From Streptomyces virus Wollford (Duplodnaviria; Heunggongvirae; Uroviricota; Caudoviricetes): a stretch of 64,000 bases of DNA. Below, piece by piece: positions 35,851 through 43,825 of the stretch. The position numbers were made by a program, and so were the translations under genes. The notes under the pieces were generated by a model. That model saw nothing but the letters and a program-made list of their open reading frames with translations. It made no database searches and was not told where the DNA came from. The stretch covers positions 60,329 through 124,328 of IMG/VR virus record IMGVR_UViG_2974628344_000001; one strand, 5' to 3'. The first letter of the stretch is position 1. Each line of letters starts with the position of its first letter.

Positions 35851-35879
35851 TTGACAAGCGCTGCTTGATCCTGTAGAGT
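35851..35879 (+). promoter_or_regulatory. promoter TTGACA-N17-TAGAGTAAT
   Basis: consensus copy, precedes tRNA-Met. Confidence 0.5.
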
Positions 35880-35907
35880 AATTACTACAGAAGCCCGAAA
35901 GGGCAAT

Positions 35908-35979
35908 GGCTCGGTAGTGAAACGGCTATCACGCTTCGCTCATAACGAAGTATTTCGGGTTCGAGTCCCGGCTGAGCTA
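35908..35979 (+). tRNA. tRNA-Met/Ile2 (CAU)
   Basis: acceptor ggctcgg/ctgagct, D gtga/tcac, stem cttcg/cgaag, loop cuCAUaa, T-arm tcgggTTCGAGTcccgg. Confidence 0.75.
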
Positions 35980-35981
35980 CA

Positions 35982-36022
35982 AAGCGGATTAGTGAAACGG
36001 TATCACGCGAGGCTCATAATCT
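35982..36022 (+). other. 5' half of a CAU-type tRNA (acceptor + D-arm + partial anticodon arm)
   Basis: gcggatt ag tgaa acggta tcac g cgaggCTCATAAtctgc; no T-arm follows, HNH gene starts 34 nt later. Confidence 0.4.
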
Positions 36023-36055
36023 GCTTCATAATATGAGTCAAGATACAATGGCTTT

Positions 36056-36514
36056 ATGAAGACGTGTATCAAGTGTAAGAATTCACTAGAGCTTAGTGCA
36101 TTCAGCAAGAATGCTGCTAAGAAGGATGGTCTCCAGAACACATGCAAGGAATGTCGTAAGGCATACCAGAAGACATGGTATAAGGAGAATTCAACTGTCC
36201 ACAAACAAAGAGTTTACTCATCCAGAAACCTGATTAAGCAGTGGGTTTACGATTATCTAGCAAGTCATCCCTGCGTTGACTGTGGAGAATCAAGAATTCC
36301 ATGCCTAGACTTTGACCATCGAGACCCATCAGAAAAGTCATTCAATATTGGTGGTCTTGGAGCTTCAATCAATGGGCTTGACAGGGTGAAGGCTGAGGTA
36401 CTAAAATGTGACGTACGATGTTCAAACTGCCACAGAGTAAGAACGGCTGAACAGTTTGGATGGTACGCATTCACGATGCAGGATGGTGGAGGTAGTTCCA
36501 TGTCGGGCTCATAA
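36056..36514 (+). CDS. HNH homing-type endonuclease
   Basis: MKTCIKCK... zinc ribbon, C-terminal DFDHRDP...CSNCH HNH; C-terminal 9 residues (GGGSSMSGS) read into tRNA-like sequence. Confidence 0.75.
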   Translation: MKTCIKCKNSLELSAFSKNAAKKDGLQNTCKECRKAYQKTWYKENSTVHKQRVYSSRNLIKQWVYDYLASHPCVDCGESRIPCLDFDHRDPSEKSFNIGGLGASINGLDRVKAEVLKCDVRCSNCHRVRTAEQFGWYAFTMQDGGGSSMSGS

Positions 36515-36545
36515 CCCGAAGACCCCAGTGCGACTCTGGGTCCTG
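36484..36545 (+). other. D-armless tRNA-like element with CAU loop and non-canonical T-loop TGCGACT
   Basis: tcgggCTCATAAcccga ... cccagTGCGACTctggg tcctgcc; overlaps 3' end of HNH ORF. Confidence 0.3.
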
Positions 36546-36723
36546 CCACTATGAAAAAGCAATGCCGAATAGGTAGGAAAATCACCATTGATGGTGTAAC
36601 ATTTCCTAAGAGGTGTCTACTCGCTGTGCATGGAGAAGACGTAGCTCATTATGATGGCGATGAATGGTTCATCACTTTTGAGAAGATTAATCCAGATTCT
36701 GAAAGTTCAGTAGTCGTTTACGA

Positions 36724-36930
36724 GTGATTCCTGTTCGAATCAGGGTCCGCCCCCACTTACTTGGAGACAACATGGCTTGCTTTGAAGTTGATGAAGAACT
36801 GGTTGCCAAGAGGGCAGCCGAGATGCTACGATATTTCAAGAGTCAGGAAGCAAAGAAGAAGATGCTGGAGATAGCACGAGAGCTTCCAGAGGTCGCCAAG
36901 GTAGACTACATTTCACTTATGTCAAAGTGA
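36724..36930 (+). CDS. hypothetical protein
   Basis: 68-aa ORF. Confidence 0.35.
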   Translation: MIPVRIRVRPHLLGDNMACFEVDEELVAKRAAEMLRYFKSQEAKKKMLEIARELPEVAKVDYISLMSK

Positions 36931-37128
36931 TAGTGAAAGGAAGCATCATAAAGATGCGATACGATTAATCTCCCTCTACTAACAGTAGAGGGAGGTGGAA
37001 AATGCCAGGACCAATGAGTCGTCCAGATGGTGTTCGCGAGAATGCCGAACAGCGCAAGGAGCGCGGACGAAAGATTATTGCCGGTAAGCCTGTTAAGACA
37101 GGCAAGACTGCGAAGAAGTGAGGTGTTC

Positions 37129-37314
37129 ATGGCTGATCGCTTCGTCAAGGATCTTGGCGAGGCCGATAGTGAAGAACATGCTTGGGCAATCTGTGTAGAA
37201 CTTAGGCAGAAAATGTCAAAGGGAGCAGTTGCTGAATTCAAGCGTAAGAATTACATCTTCAAGGCTCACAAGATTAAGAGCAGATGGCACGCCTGTCTGT
37301 TCCAGAAAACATGA
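37129..37314 (+). CDS. hypothetical protein
   Basis: MADRFVKDLGEADSEEHAW...; internal Met of track ORF 37027. Confidence 0.35.
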   Translation: MADRFVKDLGEADSEEHAWAICVELRQKMSKGAVAEFKRKNYIFKAHKIKSRWHACLFQKT

Positions 37315-37334
37315 TAAACGGCCTTCGGGCCTAA

Positions 37335-37417
37335 GCATGAGCGGCGAAGTTGGAGAGACGCGACGGTCTGTAAAACCGTTCCCTCTGGGTGAGTCAGTTC
37401 GAATCTGACCTCATGCA
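37335..37417 (+). tRNA. tRNA-Tyr (GUA), long variable arm
   Basis: acceptor gcatgag/ctcatgc, stem acggt/accgt, loop cuGUAaa, extra arm, T-arm gtcagTTCGAATctgac. Confidence 0.8.
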
Positions 37418-37419
37418 CG

Positions 37420-37607
37420 CAACAGGCAAAGTCATACCTTAACTAGCTAGGGGTCCTGGAGAAAAGTGACTAGCTGAGCGGGAAGCGATTCCCCTTCTGG
37501 GCTGACAACCGCGACTGTCAATCCGTGCGCGGCACACGGAAAAGCTATCGAGCTTACCCATGAGGGCGACGGTCCAAAATGCGTAAACTCGATAGCATGC
37601 CCCATCT
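37420..37607 (+). ncRNA. structured non-coding spacer (unknown RNA) with 9-bp and 5-bp perfect stems
   Basis: no ORF; gctatcgag...ctcgatagc inverted repeat (37543-37595), ccgcg...cgcgg stem, gggaAGCGATTcccc T-arm-like hairpin. Confidence 0.3.
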
Positions 37608-37679
37608 GCATGTAAGCCAGGGATAAGCTAGGCGGGCCTGTAAAGCCCTACCTCGTTGGTTCGAATCCAACTACATGCA
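37608..37679 (+). tRNA. tRNA-Tyr (GUA)-like, short variable arm
   Basis: acceptor gcatgta/tacatgc, stem gggc/gccc, loop cuGUAaa, T-arm gttggTTCGAATccaac. Confidence 0.5.
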
Positions 37680-37681
37680 CT

Positions 37682-37754
37682 GTGACGTAAGCCGAGCGGT
37701 TAAGGCACTTGGTTGTGACCCAAGGTTTGGCGGGTTCGACTCCCGTACGTCACC
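37682..37754 (+). tRNA. tRNA-His (GUG)
   Basis: acceptor gtgacgt/acgtcac, stem cttgg/ccaag, loop uuGUGac, T-arm gcgggTTCGACTcccgt. Confidence 0.8.
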
Positions 37755-37756
37755 CC

Positions 37757-37828
37757 GGGCATGTAGCTCAGTTGGTAGAGCACTGGTGTGAAGTACCAGG
37801 CGCGAGGGTTCGATTCCCTACTTGCCCA
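37757..37828 (+). tRNA. tRNA-Phe (GAA)-like second copy (G37, one acceptor mismatch)
   Basis: acceptor gggcatg/cttgccc, D gctc/gagc, stem ctggt/accag, loop guGAAgu, T-arm gagggTTCGATTcccta. Confidence 0.5.
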
Positions 37829-37829
37829 C

Positions 37830-38159
37830 ATGAAAAGAATGAGAATAGTGGCCGGTGCTGCTATGCTTCTCGTTCTTGTTGGTTGCAATAGCGATAACAA
37901 GGATAATCTTACCAATAGAGATAAGGCGTATGTTCATACGTTGAGAGAAGAGATCACTGGCGTAAAGGAAATGTCCGATGGAAAGCTTATTGCTATAGGA
38001 CATGAAGCCTGTGCATCTTCTGACAACGGAGATGATTTTGGCCAGGTGGTTGACAAGGTCAGTTCATACGATCTGACTCATAGCGACTCTGCATATCTTA
38101 TCGGAGCCGCATTCATGGCTTACTGCCCTGAAAATCTAGAATTTGGATCTGGGAGATAA
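37830..38159 (+). CDS. lipoprotein
   Basis: MKRMRIVAGAAMLLVLVGCNSD lipobox LVGC; track start 37788 overlaps tRNA and is rejected. Confidence 0.55.
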   Translation: MKRMRIVAGAAMLLVLVGCNSDNKDNLTNRDKAYVHTLREEITGVKEMSDGKLIAIGHEACASSDNGDDFGQVVDKVSSYDLTHSDSAYLIGAAFMAYCPENLEFGSGR

Positions 38160-38160
38160 G

Positions 38161-38412
38161 ATGCAGATCGGTTTTGAATACATTGAAGGCGAAGGTCCAT
38201 TTACTGTAGTTGGATTCATTGGTGATAGCTTCAATCCTTTGAAGCAGCCGTTTGAACTTCACTATCATGATGGATTTGCTGAGCTAGTGGTGATCACAGA
38301 TGACTATGTAGCTTATGCAACTGGAGAGTATAATAGAGGCATTGGGGTTCTCAATGCGGGCGAAACCGGTCAACTTATCTTCAATCTTGTCAACGAGCTT
38401 GACAAGGAATGA
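38161..38412 (+). CDS. hypothetical protein
   Basis: MQIGFEYIEGEGPF...; 83 aa. Confidence 0.4.
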   Translation: MQIGFEYIEGEGPFTVVGFIGDSFNPLKQPFELHYHDGFAELVVITDDYVAYATGEYNRGIGVLNAGETGQLIFNLVNELDKE

Positions 38413-38434
38413 TGACTACTGTAATGTAGTTAAT

Positions 38435-38509
38435 GGCGCTGTTGTAGAGAGTTTCTGCCGGTAGTCTGCAAAACTACTTGATTAGAGGGTGCGACTCCCT
38501 CCAGTGCTT
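38435..38509 (+). tRNA. tRNA-Cys (GCA)-like with non-canonical T-loop TGCGACT
   Basis: acceptor ggcgctg/cagtgct, stem gtagt/actac, loop cuGCAaa, T-arm gagggTGCGACTccctc (G at position 55). Confidence 0.4.
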
Positions 38510-38555
38510 CGAAGCCTTTAGGAAACCGTTGGGCTGCTGGACAACGGAACCACTT

Positions 38556-38630
38556 GCCGGATTAGCTCATTTGGTGTAGAGCGGCGCTCTTGTAAAGCGC
38601 AGGCGATCGGTTCGAAACCGATATCCGGCT
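38556..38630 (+). tRNA. tRNA-Thr (UGU)
   Basis: acceptor gccggat/atccggc, D gctc/gagc, stem gcgct/agcgc, loop cuUGUaa, T-arm atcggTTCGAAAccgat. Confidence 0.8.
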
Positions 38631-38722
38631 CAATGGAGGACCAACCTAGGGAGAATGCAACCGAACTAGGCAATGGGAATTCAGGACGGTCTAGTACCTA
38701 GTTGCAGGGGAACGGCCTTTAT

Positions 38723-38794
38723 GCCCCCATAGTGCTAGTGGTAACACGGTATCTTGGTAAGATACTATCGTCAGTTCGATTCTGACTGGGGGAT
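38723..38794 (+). tRNA. tRNA-Thr (GGU) with G1-A72 mismatch
   Basis: acceptor gccccca/tggggga, stem gtatc/gatac, loop uuGGUaa, T-arm gtcagTTCGATTctgac. Confidence 0.7.
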
Positions 38795-38812
38795 CTGGAA
38801 GGGTGTGATTTC

Positions 38813-38905
38813 ATGTACAGGCTAAAGGCTCTAGTAGCAAGACTTAAGCCACATCTGCCAACAATTCTTGCTTGGTGGAAGACCCGTAAGAACAGGACTC
38901 GATAA
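38813..38905 (+). CDS. 30-aa basic micro-ORF (speculative)
   Basis: MYRLKALVARLKPHLPTILAWWKTRKNRTR between tRNAs. Confidence 0.15.
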   Translation: MYRLKALVARLKPHLPTILAWWKTRKNRTR

Positions 38906-38913
38906 GAGTCTAT

Positions 38914-38985
38914 CTCTCCATAGGCTAATGGATAAACCAGAAGACTACGAATCTTCTATTGTCGGTTCGAGTCCGGCTGGAGAGA
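38914..38985 (+). tRNA. tRNA-Arg (ACG)
   Basis: acceptor ctctcca/tggagag, stem gaaga/tcttc, loop cuACGaa, T-arm gtcggTTCGAGTccggc. Confidence 0.75.
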
Positions 38986-38987
38986 CT

Positions 38988-39024
38988 GGCCGGTGCTTAT
39001 TGCACCGGCCTTACTTTATGTTTA
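38988..39024 (+). terminator. Rho-independent terminator
   Basis: ggccggtgc ttatt gcaccggcc ttactttatgttt. Confidence 0.7.
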
Positions 39025-39036
39025 AGGTGATTTAAC

Positions 39037-39180
39037 ATGTGTGAAATCGAACGGTGGGAAGGTGAAGGAGGAAAGTCCACCAAGACACCTTGCATCTTTC
39101 ATGGTAAAGAATACAAACAACACGACTTCTATTATGGTGATCAATGCCGTAGATGCGGAGTCTGGAAGGATGAAGATTGA
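39037..39180 (+). CDS. Cys-rich small protein
   Basis: 47-aa ORF MCEIERWEGEGGKSTKTPCIFHGKEYKQHDFYYGDQCRRCGVWKDED. Confidence 0.3.
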   Translation: MCEIERWEGEGGKSTKTPCIFHGKEYKQHDFYYGDQCRRCGVWKDED

Positions 39181-39734
39181 AGATCTTCTATGATACAGAA
39201 TTTTATGAAACTGGGCCAGAGGAGCCAATTAGGTTCATCAGTCTCGGCGCGGTGCGTGAGGATGGCGAACGACTCTACCTGATCACGAACAACCTCTATA
39301 CGCTCAACAGAGCAAATGAAAATCCGTGGTTGAGGGAGAACGTCATCAGTCATTTGCCAGTAAAGCAGAACGGCGATGGAAGCCTCTCATGGGACACTCA
39401 GCACCCTGACTATTCAAGGGTTCTGCCCAACGAAGCGATTGCTGGATTGTGGAGAGACTTTGTGCTGGACTATGATGCCCACCACGACCTTGACAGGCCA
39501 GAGCTGTGGGCTTACTATGGTGCTTATGACCACGTGGTAGTCAGTCAGCTTTTTGGAAGAATGATTGACTTGCCAGAAGGCATGCCAATGTATACTATGG
39601 ATCTCAAGCAGCGTTGGCACAGAGAAGGAAGGCCACAACTGCCTGATCAAGAAGGCGCTGAGCACAACGCCCTTGACGATGCCATATGGAATAAGGTAGT
39701 ATCAGAGTATCTAGACGCTTATGGCGAAAGGTAA
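39177..39734 (+). CDS. DEDDh-family 3'-5' exonuclease (DnaQ/oligoribonuclease-like)
   Basis: Exo I FYDTEFYETG, Exo III AEHNALDDA (H-x4-D) motifs; 185 aa. Confidence 0.6.
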   Translation: MKIFYDTEFYETGPEEPIRFISLGAVREDGERLYLITNNLYTLNRANENPWLRENVISHLPVKQNGDGSLSWDTQHPDYSRVLPNEAIAGLWRDFVLDYDAHHDLDRPELWAYYGAYDHVVVSQLFGRMIDLPEGMPMYTMDLKQRWHREGRPQLPDQEGAEHNALDDAIWNKVVSEYLDAYGER

Positions 39735-39738
39735 TTAG

Positions 39739-40134
39739 ATGGGTGATCGTACCAATGTTGGCGTAGTTATGCGTAACAGCAATGGACAAGAAATGCTTGG
39801 AATCCTCTGGGTTTATTCACACTGGGGTCTGCCTGGCATCACTACTTCTGTTGCGAAGGCTCTTGACAACGCTAAGGGTCGATGGGATGATGACATGTAT
39901 GGGCAGCGAATCTTCGTTCAGTCCATCATGGAGGCCGGTGGCATGGAAGCTGACTCTGAGCTAGGCGGTGGACTAAGCTTCAATTTCATCGCTGACAATG
40001 AGCATAAGCTTTGGGTCGCTGACTTTTATGACCAAACAATGTATCTGTTCCCTCAGTACAGCGGAGGTCTTGACACACCGGAGCCTCTTGTAGTAACATC
40101 ATTTCAGAACTTCGTCACTAAGTATCTTAAGTGA
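39739..40134 (+). CDS. hypothetical protein
   Basis: 131-aa ORF. Confidence 0.45.
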   Translation: MGDRTNVGVVMRNSNGQEMLGILWVYSHWGLPGITTSVAKALDNAKGRWDDDMYGQRIFVQSIMEAGGMEADSELGGGLSFNFIADNEHKLWVADFYDQTMYLFPQYSGGLDTPEPLVVTSFQNFVTKYLK

Positions 40135-40339
40135 CGTAAGCCCTTCGGGGCTCTAGGGGATGTAATGGTTTCGACTGGCGCGGATAGCTTTAGTTTGCAG
40201 CCTGACATTGAGGAAATGTCATTAAAAAGCCTCAAACAAATAAATGCCAACTCTAACGTTGCATCTGCCTACGCCCTAGCGGCGTGATGGCCGGGCGGCA
40301 ACTGCCTAGGAACAGAAAGTTGCGAATGTTTGGCCCGGT

Positions 40340-40434
40340 GGGGATAAACACACTGTACAACCTGCTTGACACATGGCTGTGTATAGACTACTGTTAGATT
40401 CGTCAGGACGCGGGTTCGACTCCCGCCATCTCCA
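40340..40434 (+). tRNA. tRNA-like element (T-arm gcgggTTCGACTcccgc), about 95 nt if closed by ggggata/catctcc
   Basis: canonical T-arm 40410-40426; 5' boundary and anticodon unresolved. Confidence 0.25.
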
Positions 40435-40447
40435 CTTAAGGATCATC

Positions 40448-40762
40448 ATGAACTTGACAGGTCGCTCCACTATGGTAGACTTCGATCTGAGCGAGCAAGA
40501 CGCTAGAACGATCCAGAAGAGCATGCGAACTGGACTTGTGACTCTCAAGGTTACTAGGGTTCAGATAAGTTATACATATGGCGCGGTGCTAGTTGGTCTT
40601 GATCGTAATCCTGGTCCTCATTACAAGGTAAGGGTATCAGGATATCGAATGAAGGCTGGCATGAAGCAACGTGATACTGTTGTTCAGCACAGCTATCTCA
40701 ATCCTGATCTCCCTGACTGGCTAGAACAAATGGTTGTTGACAATGCTCCCAACTGGTACTAG
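40448..40762 (+). CDS. hypothetical protein
   Basis: internal Met (MNLTGRSTMVDFDL...) of track ORF 40373, whose 5' part overlaps tRNA-like element. Confidence 0.4.
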   Translation: MNLTGRSTMVDFDLSEQDARTIQKSMRTGLVTLKVTRVQISYTYGAVLVGLDRNPGPHYKVRVSGYRMKAGMKQRDTVVQHSYLNPDLPDWLEQMVVDNAPNWY

Positions 40763-40771
40763 GATGTAAAC

Positions 40772-40996
40772 ATGCCGAAATGGATGCGACTTCCGGGAAC
40801 GGATAAGGAGGCCAGTCTTAGTGACAGGGTTGGCTCTGCCTTTGAAAATGGTTATGGCGATGAAGGGCCTCTGGCCAGGGGAATCGTCATCGGAGGATGT
40901 ATTTTTCTCCCTCTATTGATTACTGCTGGCGCCTTTGGTGGCGCTGCGTATGGACTCTGGAGACTTGCCGAATGGCTCTGGACTATGATAGCCTGA
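40772..40996 (+). CDS. small membrane protein
   Basis: 74 aa, Gly/Ala-rich hydrophobic helices. Confidence 0.4.
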   Translation: MPKWMRLPGTDKEASLSDRVGSAFENGYGDEGPLARGIVIGGCIFLPLLITAGAFGGAAYGLWRLAEWLWTMIA

Positions 40997-41047
40997 TGAA
41001 GAAGTGGATGGAAACAATCCGCAGGATCGAACAGCGTAAGGATTGAA

Positions 41048-41452
41048 ATGCGTACCAAAACAGTTACTAAGCTGGTGCGTAATCTCACGCAAAAGGAATA
41101 CAGTCAGTGCAAGTCTCTGAACTTTCGCTATGATGGCTGTATGATGTATGATCTTCCCTGGTCCAAGAAGGCTTTTCCAAATGACGCCAGGGTTGTCATG
41201 ATCAAGGATGCTCAAACAGACTTGCTCATCGCATGGTGTCTTGCGTATCCAAACAACTCAGGTGACAACTTCATCACTCAGTATTACACTAGAGTGAAGT
41301 TCCGTAACATGGGCTATGGAAGCCGTCTAATCTTTCACGTAAGAAAGTTTGCTCCAAGTCCAGTAGTAATGCCGCACGATCCAAATAGTCGTGCATTCTT
41401 CCGTAAGCACGAAGACAAGATCACTGTCCGTGCTTCTCACTCACTTTACTGA
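41048..41452 (+). CDS. GNAT-family acetyltransferase (putative)
   Basis: RNMGYGSRLI resembles GNAT motif A (Q/R-x-x-G-x-G/A). Confidence 0.45.
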   Translation: MRTKTVTKLVRNLTQKEYSQCKSLNFRYDGCMMYDLPWSKKAFPNDARVVMIKDAQTDLLIAWCLAYPNNSGDNFITQYYTRVKFRNMGYGSRLIFHVRKFAPSPVVMPHDPNSRAFFRKHEDKITVRASHSLY

Positions 41453-41462
41453 AAGGCCCAAA

Positions 41463-41678
41463 ATGGCTAAGCGTGTCAAGGCTCTTGAGCTTCGTTCCAC
41501 CGACCGTGACAACTTCTTCAACCTCTACGTTTCTGGTGTTTGGAAGGGTCTCGTTGAGACCAGCAAGGTCGGCCGTAAGACCAACTTCCGCGTTCACGGT
41601 GCAAAGCGTAACTTCGAGGACTTCACCGGCACCAAGAAGGACTTTGAGGCTTTTGCCAAGGATCGCTTCTCCAACTGA
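41463..41678 (+). CDS. hypothetical basic protein
   Basis: MAKRVKALELRSTDRDNFFNLYVSGVWKG... Confidence 0.4.
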   Translation: MAKRVKALELRSTDRDNFFNLYVSGVWKGLVETSKVGRKTNFRVHGAKRNFEDFTGTKKDFEAFAKDRFSN

Positions 41679-41687
41679 GAGGTAACG

Positions 41688-41942
41688 ATGTTTGACAGAC
41701 TTGTAAGGAGTTATGACTACTCTTGCAATGCCTGTCCGGTGATTGTAGATGGCTTCCTGATTAGCGGGGAGCCTTTCTATTTCCGCCTCCGTCATGGTGT
41801 TGCTAGGCTTGTTCTAGAAGACACAAAACGCGCGGCGGTAATGAATGCAATCGATGGTCTAGATGGTACATGTAGCAATGAGCAATTCAAGCAAATGTTC
41901 ATGCGACTCTACCTTGAGATCATCACAAAGGACCCGGCGTAA
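41688..41942 (+). CDS. hypothetical protein
   Basis: 84-aa ORF. Confidence 0.4.
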   Translation: MFDRLVRSYDYSCNACPVIVDGFLISGEPFYFRLRHGVARLVLEDTKRAAVMNAIDGLDGTCSNEQFKQMFMRLYLEIITKDPA

Positions 41943-42017
41943 AAGACAATATCAATTAGACTTCATAATCTTCCTCCTGCTATACTATAACTGCCTAATC
42001 CATCAGAGGCAGGAGGA

Positions 42018-42473
42018 TTGAATATGGACTTTGTGGAACACCTAGGTTACCAATACCTCTCTGATCTTCTGACGGAAATCCGAATGGGCCAGCAGAGATT
42101 GGAGGATAGAATGGCAGACCTAACAACTGAGGTTGCAAACCTCCGCGATGCGGTATCAGGCGTAAGTGCAAGAGTTGATGCCCTTGTTGGCCCTCTTGCG
42201 GATGCCGTTAGAGAGGCACAGGATGCTCTAGCAGCCGAGCGTGAGGCCGCTGAGGCATTGCGTGTAGCTGAGGATCAGGAAGACGTAGAGCAGAATGCTG
42301 CATTGCAGGACGCTCAGACTCGTCTCGATTCAGCGCTTGCTCAGGCATCTGACGCAGCCGATCAGATCAGTGCAGAAACAGCACGTCTGAATGAGGTTGC
42401 AAAGCCAGCAGAGGCAGAACAGCCTAGCGAACCAACACCAGACCAGCCTTCTGGTCCCGGTACAGAACTCTGA
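42018..42473 (+). CDS. Ala/Glu-rich coiled-coil protein
   Basis: 151 aa, long heptad-like AEA repeats. Confidence 0.45.
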   Translation: MNMDFVEHLGYQYLSDLLTEIRMGQQRLEDRMADLTTEVANLRDAVSGVSARVDALVGPLADAVREAQDALAAEREAAEALRVAEDQEDVEQNAALQDAQTRLDSALAQASDAADQISAETARLNEVAKPAEAEQPSEPTPDQPSGPGTEL

Positions 42474-42584
42474 TAAAGAGTCTTGACAGCCAGCTTAATA
42501 AATATTAAGCTGGCTGTCGCATGCCAGGGAAGTTCTTTGGTAAGAACAGTCTCTCTATAGTGTCATTTGACTGTGCACGGTCTC

Positions 42585-42613
42585 TTGACACCTCTTAGTA
42601 GCGCTGCTAAGAT
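42585..42613 (+). promoter_or_regulatory. promoter TTGACA-N17-TAAGAT
   Basis: recurrent family. Confidence 0.35.
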
Positions 42614-42657
42614 GACAGAGTAGAAAGGTTGGAGGTTCGATTCCTCCCCCTGGCCCT
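42595..42657 (+). tRNA. tRNA-like fragment (T-arm ggaggTTCGATTcctcc)
   Basis: T-loop 42631-42647; no complete cloverleaf found. Confidence 0.25.
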
Positions 42658-42689
42658 ACAATCTTGGCCCCAAGAGGCAACTAATGGTC

Positions 42690-42794
42690 ACCGGGATGCA
42701 TACCGCCCATTGGTCCTTATCTGGGTACCACGTTTATGCAACCGACGGGTTGAGCCCATAAATAATGGGGCAGGTTCAAATCCTGCTGGGGTCT
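42690..42794 (+). other. tRNA-like 3' module (T-arm gcaggTTCAAATcctgc + acceptor tggggtc) on an over-long (about 129 nt) element
   Basis: nearest complementary 5' strand ggcccca lies 129 nt upstream. Confidence 0.25.
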
Positions 42795-42835
42795 CTATGA
42801 AAATATATGAGCCTGGTTAAGTAGCTTGACAAGCT

Positions 42836-42864
42836 ACACTACAACAACTAGGATGTGATGTATG
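42836..42864 (+). promoter_or_regulatory. promoter TTGACA-N17-TAGGAT
   Basis: recurrent family; 8 nt before ATG 42862 (leaderless-type). Confidence 0.4.
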
Positions 42865-43146
42865 GCTACTGGCAAGGAGCGAGGCTTTAAGGAATGGAAG
42901 GGTTCCAAGAACTTCCGTCGTAGCGCTCGCAACTACACCGAGTCCGACACCGTTGGCAAGGCTAAGAAGAAGAACACCCGTAAGTGGTGTAAGGGTAAGG
43001 AAGGACGTAAGCACGTTCTTGCTCTGTACAACAAGTACACTTTGATCTACAATCGCAAGTGTGTGAATTGCGGTAAGGAAATGTGGGGTCCTCTCAACCG
43101 CGAGGATTTCGATTTCGTAGAGAAGCGCTGGGAAGACTTCCACTGA
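42862..43146 (+). CDS. basic zinc-ribbon protein
   Basis: 94 aa, Lys/Arg-rich, CVNCGK. Confidence 0.45.
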   Translation: MATGKERGFKEWKGSKNFRRSARNYTESDTVGKAKKKNTRKWCKGKEGRKHVLALYNKYTLIYNRKCVNCGKEMWGPLNREDFDFVEKRWEDFH

Positions 43147-43331
43147 TGCAAATGAAGATGTACGCTATTGCCTGTGACCAAGCAGAAGCTATCAAAAACT
43201 GCTACACAGGCAAGTACACTAACCAACCATTTTGGCCAGATCATAAGACTCTGGTCCCATATCTAGAAAAGGCTAAGGAAGAGAATCCTGGCCTTCCACT
43301 AAAGATCTTTGTCATTAAGGTGAGTGGATAA
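43146..43331 (+). CDS. hypothetical protein
   Basis: MQMKMYAIACDQAEAIKN... Confidence 0.35.
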   Translation: MQMKMYAIACDQAEAIKNCYTGKYTNQPFWPDHKTLVPYLEKAKEENPGLPLKIFVIKVSG

Positions 43332-43333
43332 AA

Positions 43334-43597
43334 TTGGCCGGTAACAAGAACAGCCGTAAGAAGTGGCTTTGTCTGGACTGTGGCGTTGACACAGGAAAGA
43401 TTGGCGAACACTTTTTTCTCGACATGAACGTCTGGTCCTTGACGGGACTTGGACACGAAGGTATGCTCTGTGTAGCAGATGTTGAGAAGCGACTCGGCAG
43501 GCGTCTTGTTCCGGCCGATTTTACGTCTGCCTACATCAACCGCTTGAACAACGGGTTCAAGTCTGCTAGGCTGGTCTCACGAATCAAGGGGAACTAG
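43334..43597 (+). CDS. zinc-ribbon protein
   Basis: LCLDCGVDTGK... Confidence 0.4.
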   Translation: MAGNKNSRKKWLCLDCGVDTGKIGEHFFLDMNVWSLTGLGHEGMLCVADVEKRLGRRLVPADFTSAYINRLNNGFKSARLVSRIKGN

Positions 43598-43813
43598 ATG
43601 ATTACATGGTATTGGCTTGACGCAGCGCCAGAGGCCGTGGCATACTTCAAAAAGAAGAAAGCCGTGAAGGTGAACACCATCAATGGCATTGAAATTTGGA
43701 GAGATGCTTTCGGCTACTCTCGGCTCATAAAAGAGTCTGATGGCAAGATTCAAATCAGCTCTCATGACTTCCTGTCAATCAAGGAAGCAACTAACGCAAT
43801 TAACGATATGTAA
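43598..43813 (+). CDS. hypothetical protein
   Basis: 71-aa ORF. Confidence 0.4.
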   Translation: MITWYWLDAAPEAVAYFKKKKAVKVNTINGIEIWRDAFGYSRLIKESDGKIQISSHDFLSIKEATNAINDM

Positions 43814-43825
43814 ACAGGAGGACCG

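Noticed and set aside
37420-37680. tmRNA candidate (tRNA-like ends flanking structured RNA)
   Set aside because: The region is far too short (about 260 nt including a full tRNA), with no tag-peptide reading frame or resume codon context and no 5' GGGG-type acceptor half.
40340-40434. Selenocysteine tRNA (about 95 nt)
   Set aside because: The length only arises if a weak 6/7 acceptor is accepted. No UCA anticodon loop or 6-bp D-stem could be found.
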